A stretch of DNA of 64,000 bases from the human T2T-CHM13v2.0 reference genome, Homo sapiens, in NCBI RefSeq assembly GCF_009914755.1, contig NC_060939.1; one strand, written 5' to 3'. The notes under the pieces were generated by a model. That model saw nothing but the letters and a program-made list of their open reading frames with translations, was not told where the DNA came from and made no database searches. This document shows, in pieces, positions 36,881-50,222 of the stretch (the stretch's first letter is position 1; every line of letters begins with the position of its first letter). Made by a program: the position numbers and the translations under genes.

Positions 36881-39094
36881 TTACCTTTTACTGGGGAAAA
36901 AATTCCTGGTTTGTGGAATCAGAAAATTATTTTTTCTGTTCTTTCTTTTTGTTTAAATCCTCCTAAAACTTTTACTTATTATCTTATTCTTTTGGTGTCA
37001 AGTCTGTGCCCACCAACTCTAAAAAAAACAGTATGAAGAAAAATTGGAGTTGATTTTACATGTTGAAATTTAGTTTAAAATCGATATTGTGGAATGGCTG
37101 ATTCAAGTGTTAATCTTCTTGTGTGTTTGCCAGAGTGTCTTTCTCTGCAAGGAAACTGCAGCTATCTATGGAAAGAAACCTGTCACATCTTGTCATGTCT
37201 TAACTGTAATGTCAACAACAAAGTTTCTATAATTTTCATATACAGTCACCAATATTTGTAAATTCAAATAATGTATTTGATCTCAAATACAAAAATCTAG
37301 TAATTATGCATGTGATCATTTTTAAATAGTGTTTCCTTCTGATATACAGCTTGCCCTAAAATTATAATACAAAATTAAACAAATAAGATTATTGCCTTTT
37401 AAAAATGTCTCAAAGTTGAGAATTTAGTGTCCTTAGGTAAAGCTGGCAGCTAACTTAACTGCATTTGAGACATTATTGCAATTTCAATACCATAGTCTTA
37501 CTACACTTTCTTTTTCTAAAAACTTTAAAAGGAAGCATTTATTTTCACAAAATCATTTACCCTTTTTTGGTTTAGTATAAGGAAATAGTACTGCAATAAC
37601 CCTCTGAAATCGGAATATTTCTATATTGCATTTCAAGGTTTAGGTTGGAGGAATGGGGGATGGAGGAATTAAGGCTGGTCAATGAGATTAGTGTTTCAAA
37701 AATAAAAAAGAGAGAGAGAGAGAGACTCCAATTAGAAGTATCCTGGGGTTATTAGCGATAACCGTGCTCATATCCAATTAAGATGAAAACCATTTTACCA
37801 GCTTAATGTGCCACCTCTGGCAGTGTGGGTTTATTAGTTTTATCAGACTTGAGAACTGAAACTTGAAATGATACGTATGCTGGGTACCAAAGAGACACTG
37901 TTAAGACTTAGAGATAATTGGTATAAAATGAGATGCCTCAAAAGTTGTTGATTAACAAGCATTGTGAATTTTGGAGAAAGGAAGAAACTGGTCATTTCAG
38001 ACAATATATGAAAAGAAAAGACTGAGTGTGTTGTGCAATGAGATTCTGAAAAAAAGAAGTTTCTATGGTCTTCTTCGAAAATGCCATTATATGACATATT
38101 CATCTAGAACAAGACAACCTTCAAGATCCATGATGCATATTCTGTATAAATGCTCAAAAGATCAAAGGCAATTGTTTATGATGAATGGCAGGGTTTTGTT
38201 TTACCTTCAAGATTAAAAAATATAATTACTAATGATTAGTATTAATAATTAATAATCAAATCTTTTGTGCTATCTCCAAGCTTCTCAAGATGGTCGACAT
38301 AACCAATAAAACTTATTTTTTTAATGTTTTCACAAAATTATTTAAGCTTTTCAAAACAAATGTATCTTTAACATTTTTATATCATCCATTTGAGTACCAT
38401 GGAATGATTAACAAACAAACAAATATATAAACAGTAAAGCTTCCCACTTAGGCAGCAATAAAATCACTGTTGCATTTCTTCAGTAGACATGTCTTTGACT
38501 AATAAAATTCTTGTTGCTTATTTCTGAAGCAGTTGAGGAAAGCCTTCAATCTGAAGGCACGGTGTTCTGAATGTTTGTCTTTGGTAAAATATTCAGTGCA
38601 CGGCCAAGAATGTGACTGGTGGCCTCATACAAGTGGTTCTTCTAGGAGGCACATGGGACATTCTCTACTGTTTGTGCCCAGGTATGCAAACCCTGTCCCA
38701 TGGGACTAAGAAAGAAATCTGAAGGGCTGGATGCAAGTGAGATTCATTGCTGGGTAGGAGGACGGCATGATCAAGTAAAGAAACATAGGCCATTTCATCT
38801 ACATCATGAGTTGAATGGAATATTCTCTATCATAGAAAAAAGATGAGGTTCATCAAGTGAGCCTTGTTTTAGCAGATACTTAATGATTAAATTTCTAATT
38901 ATGTCTGTCACATGCGAGTCTTTCAACTTTATAAAGGAGTGAACATACTACTGTGTTGGCAACATATTTGTTTGTTTCTGCCAAGTAAAAATGAGGAACG
39001 GCTTAACAATAAACCTTAAATTGGCACTGGTCACATGTGACTCTTCTAGAAAACAAAGTGAAGATTGGGATTTTTTTAAAGTCATACAAGTATA

Positions 39095-39125
39095 TGTGTG
39101 TGTGTGTATGTGTGTGTGTGTGTGT
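39095..39125. repeat. (TG)n microsatellite
   Basis: Read directly from the sequence. Confidence 0.9.
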
Positions 39126-40169
39126 TTTCTGGATCTTTTCTGAACAATAGATCTTAGAAAAAAAGCAATGACTACCAGTTGGTAATTTAGTTTTCAAAGG
39201 GCACCACTTATGTGGTTTGGTGATAGCATGTGTTTTAATGTTTCTAAAAGCATATATATTTATTGAGTACAGTATCCAGCTTACTTAACTAACATTTGTC
39301 ACCTTTTAATTAAATGTTATGATCAAGATGGCATTAACATTACTGAAAACAGGTGTTAATCAATGGATTAATCATATGTGTACATAGTTTATACAAAGGA
39401 ATCATATATATTTGAATTTTCTACGACATAACAGTTAAATTTTTACTTCCAGAAAAATAGTAGGAGTTATCCACAGATTCTTCTCCATGATAGAAAAATT
39501 GACCATAGCTATATTAGTAGAACAGAGAAGGTACAGCATAGGAGAGAATGCTCATTAACTGTGTGACATCATCTGATGTAACCAGCAAATTAAATTTTTA
39601 TTAAAGTAGATCCCTAAGAAGTTCTACAAGACCATAGGTCTAAAGTGTGGGGTATGGTACCATACTCCTTTCCACTACTCTTCTCAAATGGAATGAAGAG
39701 GGTGAAAAATGAAACTGGAATTAATCATTATTAAGAAATTTGGCCTCACTGAGAAGTATTTCATACAACTGCACTCGAAGCAATGAAGACAGACCTGGAC
39801 TTTGGAATTGGGATATATTTTAGGTTGTCTAAGAAACAGTTTCCATTCACTTCAATTAATCTATGAACATAATGAAAGCCTTGAAACATCTATTCAGGAA
39901 TAAACATCGTAGAAAATATAGAAAACACGGGTATTTTCTTTCACTTATCTGGTTTTACTCTATCCATAGAAAACAAATAGCATTTTAATAAGTGTTTTTC
40001 CAGAAATTTTTCTACTTAAAAAAAACTACATATATATTATCTATAATACAAGCATGGAATAAGAGTGGATTTTAAACTAGTTTTTAATGAGATTTTTAAC
40101 TTCTTTTAAAAATGTAATAGTAAACATTAAACATCTTTTCATATCAATAAAGATTATTTTACTCTTTTT

Positions 40170-40360
40170 AGTGGTTTGTTTGCATTTTTCCTGAACAGGG
40201 ATACCCATATTATTCAATAGCTTCTTGGAGGGACTGGTATTCAGGTTGTTCCTAGTTTTGCCACGATAAACAACATCATGAAGGAAATTCTCTAATCTTG
40301 ATAGATGATCTCCTTAGGATATGTTCTAGGACTACTTTCAGATCCAAGGATATGAATTTG
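40170..40360 (-). mobile_element. Old L1M fragment
   Basis: 'tattcaggttgttcctagttttgccacgataaacaac...gatccaaggatatgaattt'. Confidence 0.5.
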
Positions 40361-40572
40361 CAATACCATCCATATAGCATGACGTCCCTTTGGTCCCCCA
40401 CACACTCGGGGCAAAGGCCTGGAAAAGAACCTGAAGAACACAAAGGTGGATCACAGACGAAGAAAAGTAATTATGCCTCCTTAAAAGCCACATGAAAAGG
40501 GCCTACTAACTGTGTTCTCCTCAGTGTGAAAGCCAAATACAGTGTGTGTGCGTGTGTTTGTATGTACACGCA

Positions 40573-41124
40573 TGTATTAGCTATCTATTACTGAATAAGA
40601 AATTACCACAAATTTAGCATTTTAAAAAACACACATTTATTTTCTCACAGTGGAGGAATTAGGACACAACTTAGCTGAGTCCTTTGCTTCAGGGTCTGTC
40701 ACAAGCTGCAATCAAAAAGTTGGCTAGGACCTCATCTGAAGACTCACTTGGGGAAGAAGTCACTTCCAAGCTCACTTACATGCGTGTTAGTTGACAGAAT
40801 TCAGTTTCCTTGGGTTGTGGGACTGAGGGACTCCTTCCTACCTGGCTATTGGACTTTGTTCCTACAGGCCTCTCAGTTCTTCGCCACGCGAGCCCCTCCA
40901 ACATGGTATATTGCGTCATGAAAGCCAGCAAAGAAGAGAGTTGGCTTGCAAGATGGAAGTTACAATTTTACATACTCACAGAATTGACATCCCATTGCTT
41001 TTGCTGTACTCTTATTGGTTAGAAGTAAGCCACAGGCTCACACTCAAGGGAAGGAGATTACCCTAGACTGTGAATACCAGGAGGCAGGGATCACTGGGGT
41101 CCATCTTACTGACTGCCTGCCACC
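40573..41124 (-). mobile_element. MaLR solo LTR (MLT1F-like)
   Basis: Starts 'tgtattagctatctattactgaataagaaattaccacaaatttagc'; 'cacttccaagctcact'; ends 'ggggtccatctta...tgcctgccac'. Confidence 0.85.
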
Positions 41125-42716
41125 GTGAGGCTGTGGTTGGAGGTGTATAATAACCTGAGATATGCTGGTGAGGTGTGCATATGTCAGAAACATGTTTCTA
41201 GACATGATAGAAGATTTTTTTTTAGCTGTGCAAAGTTGTGGAATAAACAGTTTTATTTGTTTTAATAGTCTCCAGTATTTAATCATTTAATTTTCTGAGG
41301 TATGAAGATTGATCTGATTTTGATATTTCTATAATTATCAGAAAACATTTAAATGTGTTGTATGTTAAAGAAAGAATTGTCTTACTTCCCTTACTTCCCC
41401 TTGTGGCTTTTATTATTTAATATTTAATTAAATTTAAAACATCTTAATTGATAGCCTGTGTGTACATACTTTAACCAACCACATTATTTTATTATATTAT
41501 TTCAGAAAATGAAAAGTATCTATTATGATAAAATATGGCTCTTATTGCATTTCAGCTTTAATTCTGCCTCATAATACACATGTGAGCAATACTAATAATG
41601 AGATATCAATGTTCTATTTGTTCTACTATTGAATGCTTATTGTACTTACTGGAAAAATATCTCTTATAATACTCTTTTAAAAACACATTTCAAGTGCATG
41701 TATACAAACATAATCAATCACAAGAAAGGACTGATGACACATGACATTAAGTGATAACTTTTCTGATGACTGTGAAGGTCTTATTTTTCTAATATCTGTA
41801 CAATAGCTTTCCTATTTCACCAATGATTTTGGGTTCCTGCTGCTGAAAGTCCATCCGTACAAGGCCGTAATCAGTGGTTGAATGGCAGATGGAGCCCAGG
41901 GCATCCACCTTTCCCCAGATTGGTCTTTAATTGGCATATGCAGTAGCTTGAATTACTGGTTCCACTGAAGGAATTGTGTTCTCTCCTCTGACCAGTAAGA
42001 GTGTCTTCCTTTTTCTTTTCCTTATTTTTAAAGAGGATAAGAAAAATGGTGATAAATTAATGACTTTTTAAAGGGCAATCCACAAACTGAAACATTTGTG
42101 AATAAAATGGAACTTAATGATAGAGCACCGGCTTCCCAGCTTCGTTCTCATTAAAGAGGGAAGTATTTATGTACCTAGTAAAGGTTTAAAAATAACTAAG
42201 CAGCCAGAAGTACCGACTGAGAGTTGGGGAATAATGAATCTGCAAATCATTATTGATTAAGCTGTGAATTCAAGATTGCTTCTTAACCTAAGAAAATTTC
42301 TTGACCCATACTTTTTTCTTTTATTTTGTCAAATGAATTCAATTCAATTAGTAGTTATTGAACACTTATTCAATGCATGATACTCTAGGAAGGTGAAAAA
42401 TATTCAGATTCAATCTTTGACCTGTTTGTTAGGGAATACAGCTTCCCGAAGCAATGTCAAGGTACTCTCCCAACCCCACCTACCCTCTCTCCTCAAGGCA
42501 GAAGTCTAAGTCATTCGCTTACAGGACATTTTGTCCTATGGCAGGTGCACAAGCCCCATGTTTAGGACTTTAGCCCAATTCCTCAGCCCACTCAGGGGAG
42601 TGGCTGTTAAGGAGTAACTATAATTTCCAGACCTGACTGCAGAGTCCCTCAGAACAGTGGTGGAAGCCAGAATTCCCCATTCATAAAGCAGCTAATACAG
42701 CTAAGAGTCCAAGTCC

Positions 42717-43104
<388 letters not shown>

Positions 43105-43109
43105 TCATG

Positions 43110-43345
43110 GAGAAGAAGCCCAGAGCAGGAGCCCTGAGATTTGAATTCCAGCTTTGCCACTGAACGCACCAGCTCGAAGTCCACGGGCACATTTGAAATC
43201 TGTTTCTTTTTCCTCTATTAAAATAAAACCAGGAATAATATTTTACATGAAAGTTGAAAGGATAAAATGAGGTGACAAACAATAAAAAGCAAATTGTATG
43301 CAAATCCTGTTTTGTTTTATGATAAATGCTGCTCAATGAATGTAC
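43110..43345 (+). mobile_element. MIR SINE
   Basis: 'ttgaattccagctttgccact...gaaaggataaaatgag...gctcaatgaatgt'. Confidence 0.6.
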
Positions 43346-43772
43346 GATAAATAAATGAAATTCATGTCAGAGGGAAGTGTTGTCCCTGAGTTAGCAATAG
43401 TCCTCTGTTAAATGACTTAAAATAGGAATCCCAGAGTAAAAAGGTAAAGAGGCTAGATTCTGCCTAAACCTTGAGGACGGAGGAAGGAGATCAAATATGA
43501 GCCACTTGACTGTAACACTCACAGCTCTCAGGATCCAAAATTCGAGAAAATGGCTATTTGCCTTGACTGTCCAATGACTTGCTCTCCCCAGTAGTATAAG
43601 GATAGAGGGAGAGTATAGGGAGATGACGAGTTGGCATTAATTAATGAATTAATTTTCAAAATATTTTCAGTAAAATTCAGCTGCAGGTATATGGGCTAAG
43701 AGAAATGCTTTGATTCCAAGATCAAAATCTTTAGTGACACTTGTATGCCTTGAATTAACCTTACACATATTA

Positions 43773-44120
<348 letters not shown>

Positions 44121-44204
44121 TTACAAGAAAGAGAATCTGATTTTTCATGCACATTTGCTATATGCCTGACATTTTGCAGTATGTATATTTTAATTGTTGT
44201 TTTG

Positions 44205-44420
44205 GCAAAAGCAAGAATTAATTGAGGTCTTACATGAGCCAAGCACTGGGTTATTTATGGACCATATTATTTTATATTCTCAGCAACTCTGTGAGTTGAT
44301 ACCATTCTCACTTGACAGATGACAACAAACTGTGACTTAGGAAGACAAGGGGACTTGCCTAAAGTCACATAATGAGGACACAAAGGGTCTGTGAAAACTT
44401 CAGACCTCTGTTCTTTATTA
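44205..44420 (-). mobile_element. MIR SINE
   Basis: 'tctcagcaactctgtgag...cacttgacagatgac...gacttgcctaaagtcacat'. Confidence 0.7.
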
Positions 44421-47400
44421 TGGGTGTATTGAGATAACGGGCTTTGACAGGCGCTCTAAGAATCTTCATACTAGCTTGGAGTTCAAGTGTAGTTATTCCC
44501 ACATAACACATAAAAGGAAACAAATCTTACCCCCAAAATCTTTCCCCTTCCATGACGTTTCTCATGAAAATAAAACATTCATAAAATTCTGTTTAAAATT
44601 CTGCCTTTACTACATCACCAGCTTCGTGATGGCTTACCAGCTGTGAGCTATATATCCATATATGAAGTCTTCACCCATGTCCCAAAGACTTCTATTTATA
44701 TATTATAGATACACTTCTCTCTTTCAAATTCTTTGTCTTACTAGGGTTTTCAGATGACTCTTTGAGCCCACCAAATCCAAATCACAGCAGTCTTTGCCTC
44801 TTCCTCTTTTAAATAGTCCCACTCGTTCCAGTGATCTACTGTCACCCCAACACATGCCCAGCTGAATTCCCCAAAAGGGGCTTGTCCACCTCCAGCTCCT
44901 TCAGGGCGGCAACCTCAGCTCCCAGGTCTTCAGAGGCCAGCTGCATGGAACATCACAGGCACACAGCAGAGCTCATGGGAGGCAATGACAACATACTTTT
45001 ATGCATGCAGTTGATTTCCCTTGAAAAACACTTCTTAAAAAAATCTTTCCCTGTCTTGATCCAATTTGGTCAGAATAAAGTTCCTTAAAAACAAACATGT
45101 CTTTCAAAACTGTGTTTATACTTTGAATAAAAAGGAAATTTTTTAAAGAAACATTTCCTTTAGCGTGGAACGGCCCAACTTTTCCATCTGATTTACCTAA
45201 GAGATGAACTTATAGTTAAGATGTTTACAGACATCCTTTTAATTTAAAAAATTACTTATAAAATATTTTGAAAACAACAACATTTAGACCTTTTCAAATA
45301 GTAAATTGTATTTACTTAAATACAATACTTAAAAAGTACTAAAATATAGTAAATACTAGATTTTAAAATCAAGTTTTTTTTAATATTCATTTGTTTACAA
45401 ACACTAAATACTTTGTCTTGTTATTTATAGAAGATGATTAAGAATCTTTGAGAAATAAATATCTGACCAAAAATATAAAATATATCTTAAAGGATAAATT
45501 TTCACCAAATTACAATGTTAGGGTGCAGCTTTAGTAAAAGTTTATGGTGACTTTTATGTTCATTGAATATTACAGGGGGAGGGGTCATTGAACACAATTT
45601 AATCAAAAATCCGCTTTTCTATGAAATCAAAAGTGATTATGAACTGTGTAACTGTTGGGTTATAGAATGATTCCTATCATGACAGTGCAATCATTTCTTA
45701 AAACATAAAAAAGATAGTTGCCAAGAAAAACTCTCCAATGAGGAATTTAGTTAATGTGGTAGATTTCTCCCCCCTTCCTTCCATCTGAATATTTAACATA
45801 AGAGAAAAGTCCTACTCTGTTTTTCAGCTGAAATCACAGCAGTTTCTGTTTCTAACCTGGGAAGAATGTGGTTGGGACTGAAAAGCCCCCTGTCCTATTG
45901 TTAGACTCCTCGGCACTGATCCTTGCTTTTAACATCATAATGAAGGATGCTCTTTAGTGGATTATCTTGAGAAGGGATTAACTCCTTCAAGTCTTCTTAG
46001 GGGGCAAGGTGTTTTGAGCCCTAAATACACACCAATTGCCTGCTTAACTTTTCATCTTATTTTGAAAACTGCCCAGCTGGAATTCAAATTCTTTTCCATA
46101 GAGCTGAATTTTATTAGTAGCAAAGTTGGAGTTGGGGGCAGCAGATGCTAAATATAAGCACTGTTCTTTTAATCTCATGGGGCCAAATGTTTCAGATATT
46201 TCACTGAGACAGGCATGTCAGGATAAGACTCAATCTAAACTCTGCTGTAAACTTTGCAAGCACTAAATCCTGGCCCCATCTCCCAGGCCCATGACTTAAG
46301 CCCTCTAGAAGACCATGCTTTTACTAGGATTCTACCTTTAAACTCCTCTTGCCTATATGGCCCTTGTACCACGGCTTTTAAAGTTATTATGCACATTGTT
46401 TTAAGTCACACTCAAAGTAGAATTCAAATGCCTGGTAAACACACAGACACACACACACACTTGAAAAGAGGACTAATTGCTCTATAATTTACAATCAACT
46501 AGTTTCCTTAGCCTCTGCTGCTTTGTCTTAATAACCATTTATTTCTGTCTGCCTATTACGTTAATACTGAAATCTTGCATTTGTTTCATATTCACCTTCC
46601 CCCTCTCTAACCTCATTTCTGTTATTAACTACCCATTGTATTATGATATGATTTTTCCAGGAAACTAGACAGTTCTAAATTTGTCCTTTCTCCTCCTTTT
46701 CTGTTAACTCAAACTTCTTAATAGATTACAACTTTTCTTTTGTTCAACCAAAAGAATATTTTCAACACTGAAAACACTCATTTTAAAGGTGTTTGTTAAA
46801 TGTAGGAAAACGCTTTTAAACACACACATGCCAAAAAAAAAACAACCACTTTTTCTTGGAACTTTGTCTTTTAGGCTGATTTATTTTTTAATCAAATTGC
46901 AACATGCATCACCTGTAGCTTTCTTATAAAAAGATATAAATTAATTAGGAATTGCTAGGCTACATATGTAAGAAGTTTTAAATATTAAAAAGTCAAAATA
47001 TATGTATACGTGACAAAAATTACAACAAAAAGATCTCAATAAAATGAAGTTTCACGATTTTTTACAAACAAGGGTATCTAGGTGCAGTTTTCTTGTGAAG
47101 AAAATGAAATGAACTCTCAGTCTTTATATATAAATCTATATATATATATAATAACTGTATTCTAGAGGCTCTGCTTTAATTGCAAATAATCCTCCACATT
47201 CTTTCAGTGTAAACTCTTTAAGGAGTCATGAATTTTATTTATACTCTCTCTCTCTTTGAGAGTCTTTTGTTTATTTGCTGTTTCGTTCTTTGTGAAATAA
47301 CACTCCCAGAGGAAAATCCCCCTCTCTGCTTAAGGAATTAGGCCAGAGACAAAAGCAGGGAATTCTTTAAGCCTTGTTTTGTGCTAAGAGAAATGTTTGA

Positions 47401-49097
47401 CATTTCTGTGGAGAGGTGTTTAGTTTGGATTCATTAGGTCTTAGGGACTCTTTTCTCTTTTCTGGCCTTTCAGTTTCTGTCACTGTTTTTTTCTGTGTTT
47501 GGTAGACAGAAGAGAATTTACCAGGGTGTAATTAGGTTTCCTACACTGGAATAGGAAAAATCTAGTTGTTGTAAATGGTTAGACCAAGTATTCCCCTGGC
47601 TCAGCAGGCCAAAACCTGAACCTCACTTTCTGATACCCATCTGGGTAGGAGAACGTTCGGCAGCGGAAGCGAGGGGTAAAAGACACTTTCAAGGAAGTTT
47701 ATGCCCCGATTGAAATAAATACCTCTCGTAAGCATCTTTAAACAAAGCTGCTTGACCATCACTTCCACAGTCCTACCCCGGAAGGCCAACACCTTTGGTT
47801 TTTCTGTGCTTCCTCTCAGAACATTAAATAAAATTAGCTTTAACATGCTTTTTTTTTTAACACAAAAAGAAATTTTTTAACTTTTTTATTTTTTATTTTA
47901 TTTTCTTTTAATCTTACAACACCTTGGCCAGCCCCTCCTTCTTCCCAAGATCATTTAAAGGCTGTCTGTTGCCTGGTTTGGGAATGGTACAGTCTGATAG
48001 GATTTCCCAGCCAGCGCATTTGCCTTCTGCAAAACAACACAGATACTTGCTGGATTATTAGTTTCGCTGCCTGAATTAGTAGAAGCTCAAACATTTGGTA
48101 ATTCCCCAAATCCTGAGGCCAGAAATAGAGCTTGGTGGTATTTTTTTTTCTGTTTCTTTTTGGATATGACATTATAGACTAAACCATGATGATCTATCTG
48201 CACTCTGCCTTTACTACTGCTGTTATCAAAGCATGGAAATGGTAGCGGGGCGTCCGTCCTAAAGGGTCCACTTAAGAACAATTCAGAGATTGGCAAGCAC
48301 TAGCCATACCGTCTGTATAGACTCCTTTCCAACTACATCCCCGTTGATGTTCCAAAGCTTGGCAGTCTCAGCCCAATGGCCTCTGACTTTGAGCTTAGAA
48401 AACGTGCCCTCTGGCAACTGCTGGGCCACATGTTCTCCATTCACACCACACCTGGAGAGTGATGAAGTTAACAGGCGGAGAAAAAGAGCCATGGGCAAGA
48501 CCTTGCCAGTGTGTTGGGATGCCAGCTTCCTTTGACTGGTTAACAATAACCCTTTGGCAGATCTGGCTGGGAAACGGTTAATCCCCCTACCCACCCCCCT
48601 CAAAAAAATACAGAAACGTTGAAGAAAGACCCAATGCCTCTGATTAAATGGGGGAGAGGCCAGTTACTAACATCTTTAAATAATGGATTGTATCATTGTG
48701 AAATGTGCCTTCCCAACCCTATTTCCCTCCCCATAAAAATAATGATTTGTCTTTCTGGGAATTGTGGAGAAACTGTCACCTTGTCAATCCAGCTCCATCA
48801 ACAAAGATGTGTGTGAAATGCCAACCTCTTTCAGCCTACTATCTCCAGAAAAATTTTCACCACATACTCCAGTGGATCTTTTTCATTAGATATTTAACTC
48901 TGCCATGTTAAACTTAATTCTAAACGAGTATTATTTAAAAGAGTCAAAAACTAAGACTACTGTTTTTCCTCTTCTTTTTAAAACCCTGGATTGTGAATTT
49001 TAGTTCAAATCCTATGAGAGTCTAGAGATCATATCAAAAACCTTTTTGCAGTTCCACATAATTTAGTGGTCTTTGACAATAAATATAAAAGTAAGGG

Positions 49098-49167
49098 AAA
49101 GTAATGGTTGAAATCATTTATTCATAAAAATAGTACGGAAAAGTAATGGTTGAAATCATTTATTCAT
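49098..49167. repeat. Two-copy tandem duplication, period 42 bp
   Basis: aaagtaatggttgaaatcatttattcat identical at 49098-49125 and 49140-49167. Confidence 0.9.
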
Positions 49168-49853
49168 TAAAAATGGTAAAAAATAAATCCATCAGACTTT
49201 ATTCACAGAAGAGTAAGTAAGAAGGAATAATAAGATAAGCATTTGTGAAAAGGTGTGGACATCAAGAAATGTAAGTATTTAGGGCATCAGAAGAAAGAGT
49301 TAATAATTCAAGTATGAGCCCTTGATCAAATTTTCAAGTGACTCTTTTCCTAAACTAAGAAAGAACATTATGGTCTTTGGGAAGGAAAGGGGGTCAGAAG
49401 GAAAAGGAGAAACAGCTGAAATATAACACAGTCAGGCATACGCACTGCAGTCAACCAAAGGTCTTCCCTTGAATTGAGAACTGAAAAACTTATCATGCAG
49501 AGAGTCTGCAATGACAGAAAATGTCCCCAGTCCCTGATATGAGGCTGGCATATTACTGATTAGTCCCCTTGAGTAAAACCTATCATTTTCAACAATGAGC
49601 CCATGTTTTAGAGAAGCTTTTCCATCTTCATCATCTGTGGTGATCCTAAAGTAGTAGGAGAAACAAGAAAGGGAATTCTGGAAGGACTTTCAACCACCTC
49701 TATTTGAGAGAGCAGGGAAGAAGGAAGCAAATGCCATCGTCCTTAAAGGAATGCTATTTGGGGGAATAACAAAAATGAATAAACTTTTGAGAGGAAAATT
49801 CAATATGCTGTTTCATTATATAGAAAAAGTTTGGGTTGACTAGATGAATTTAA

Positions 49854-50222
<369 letters not shown>

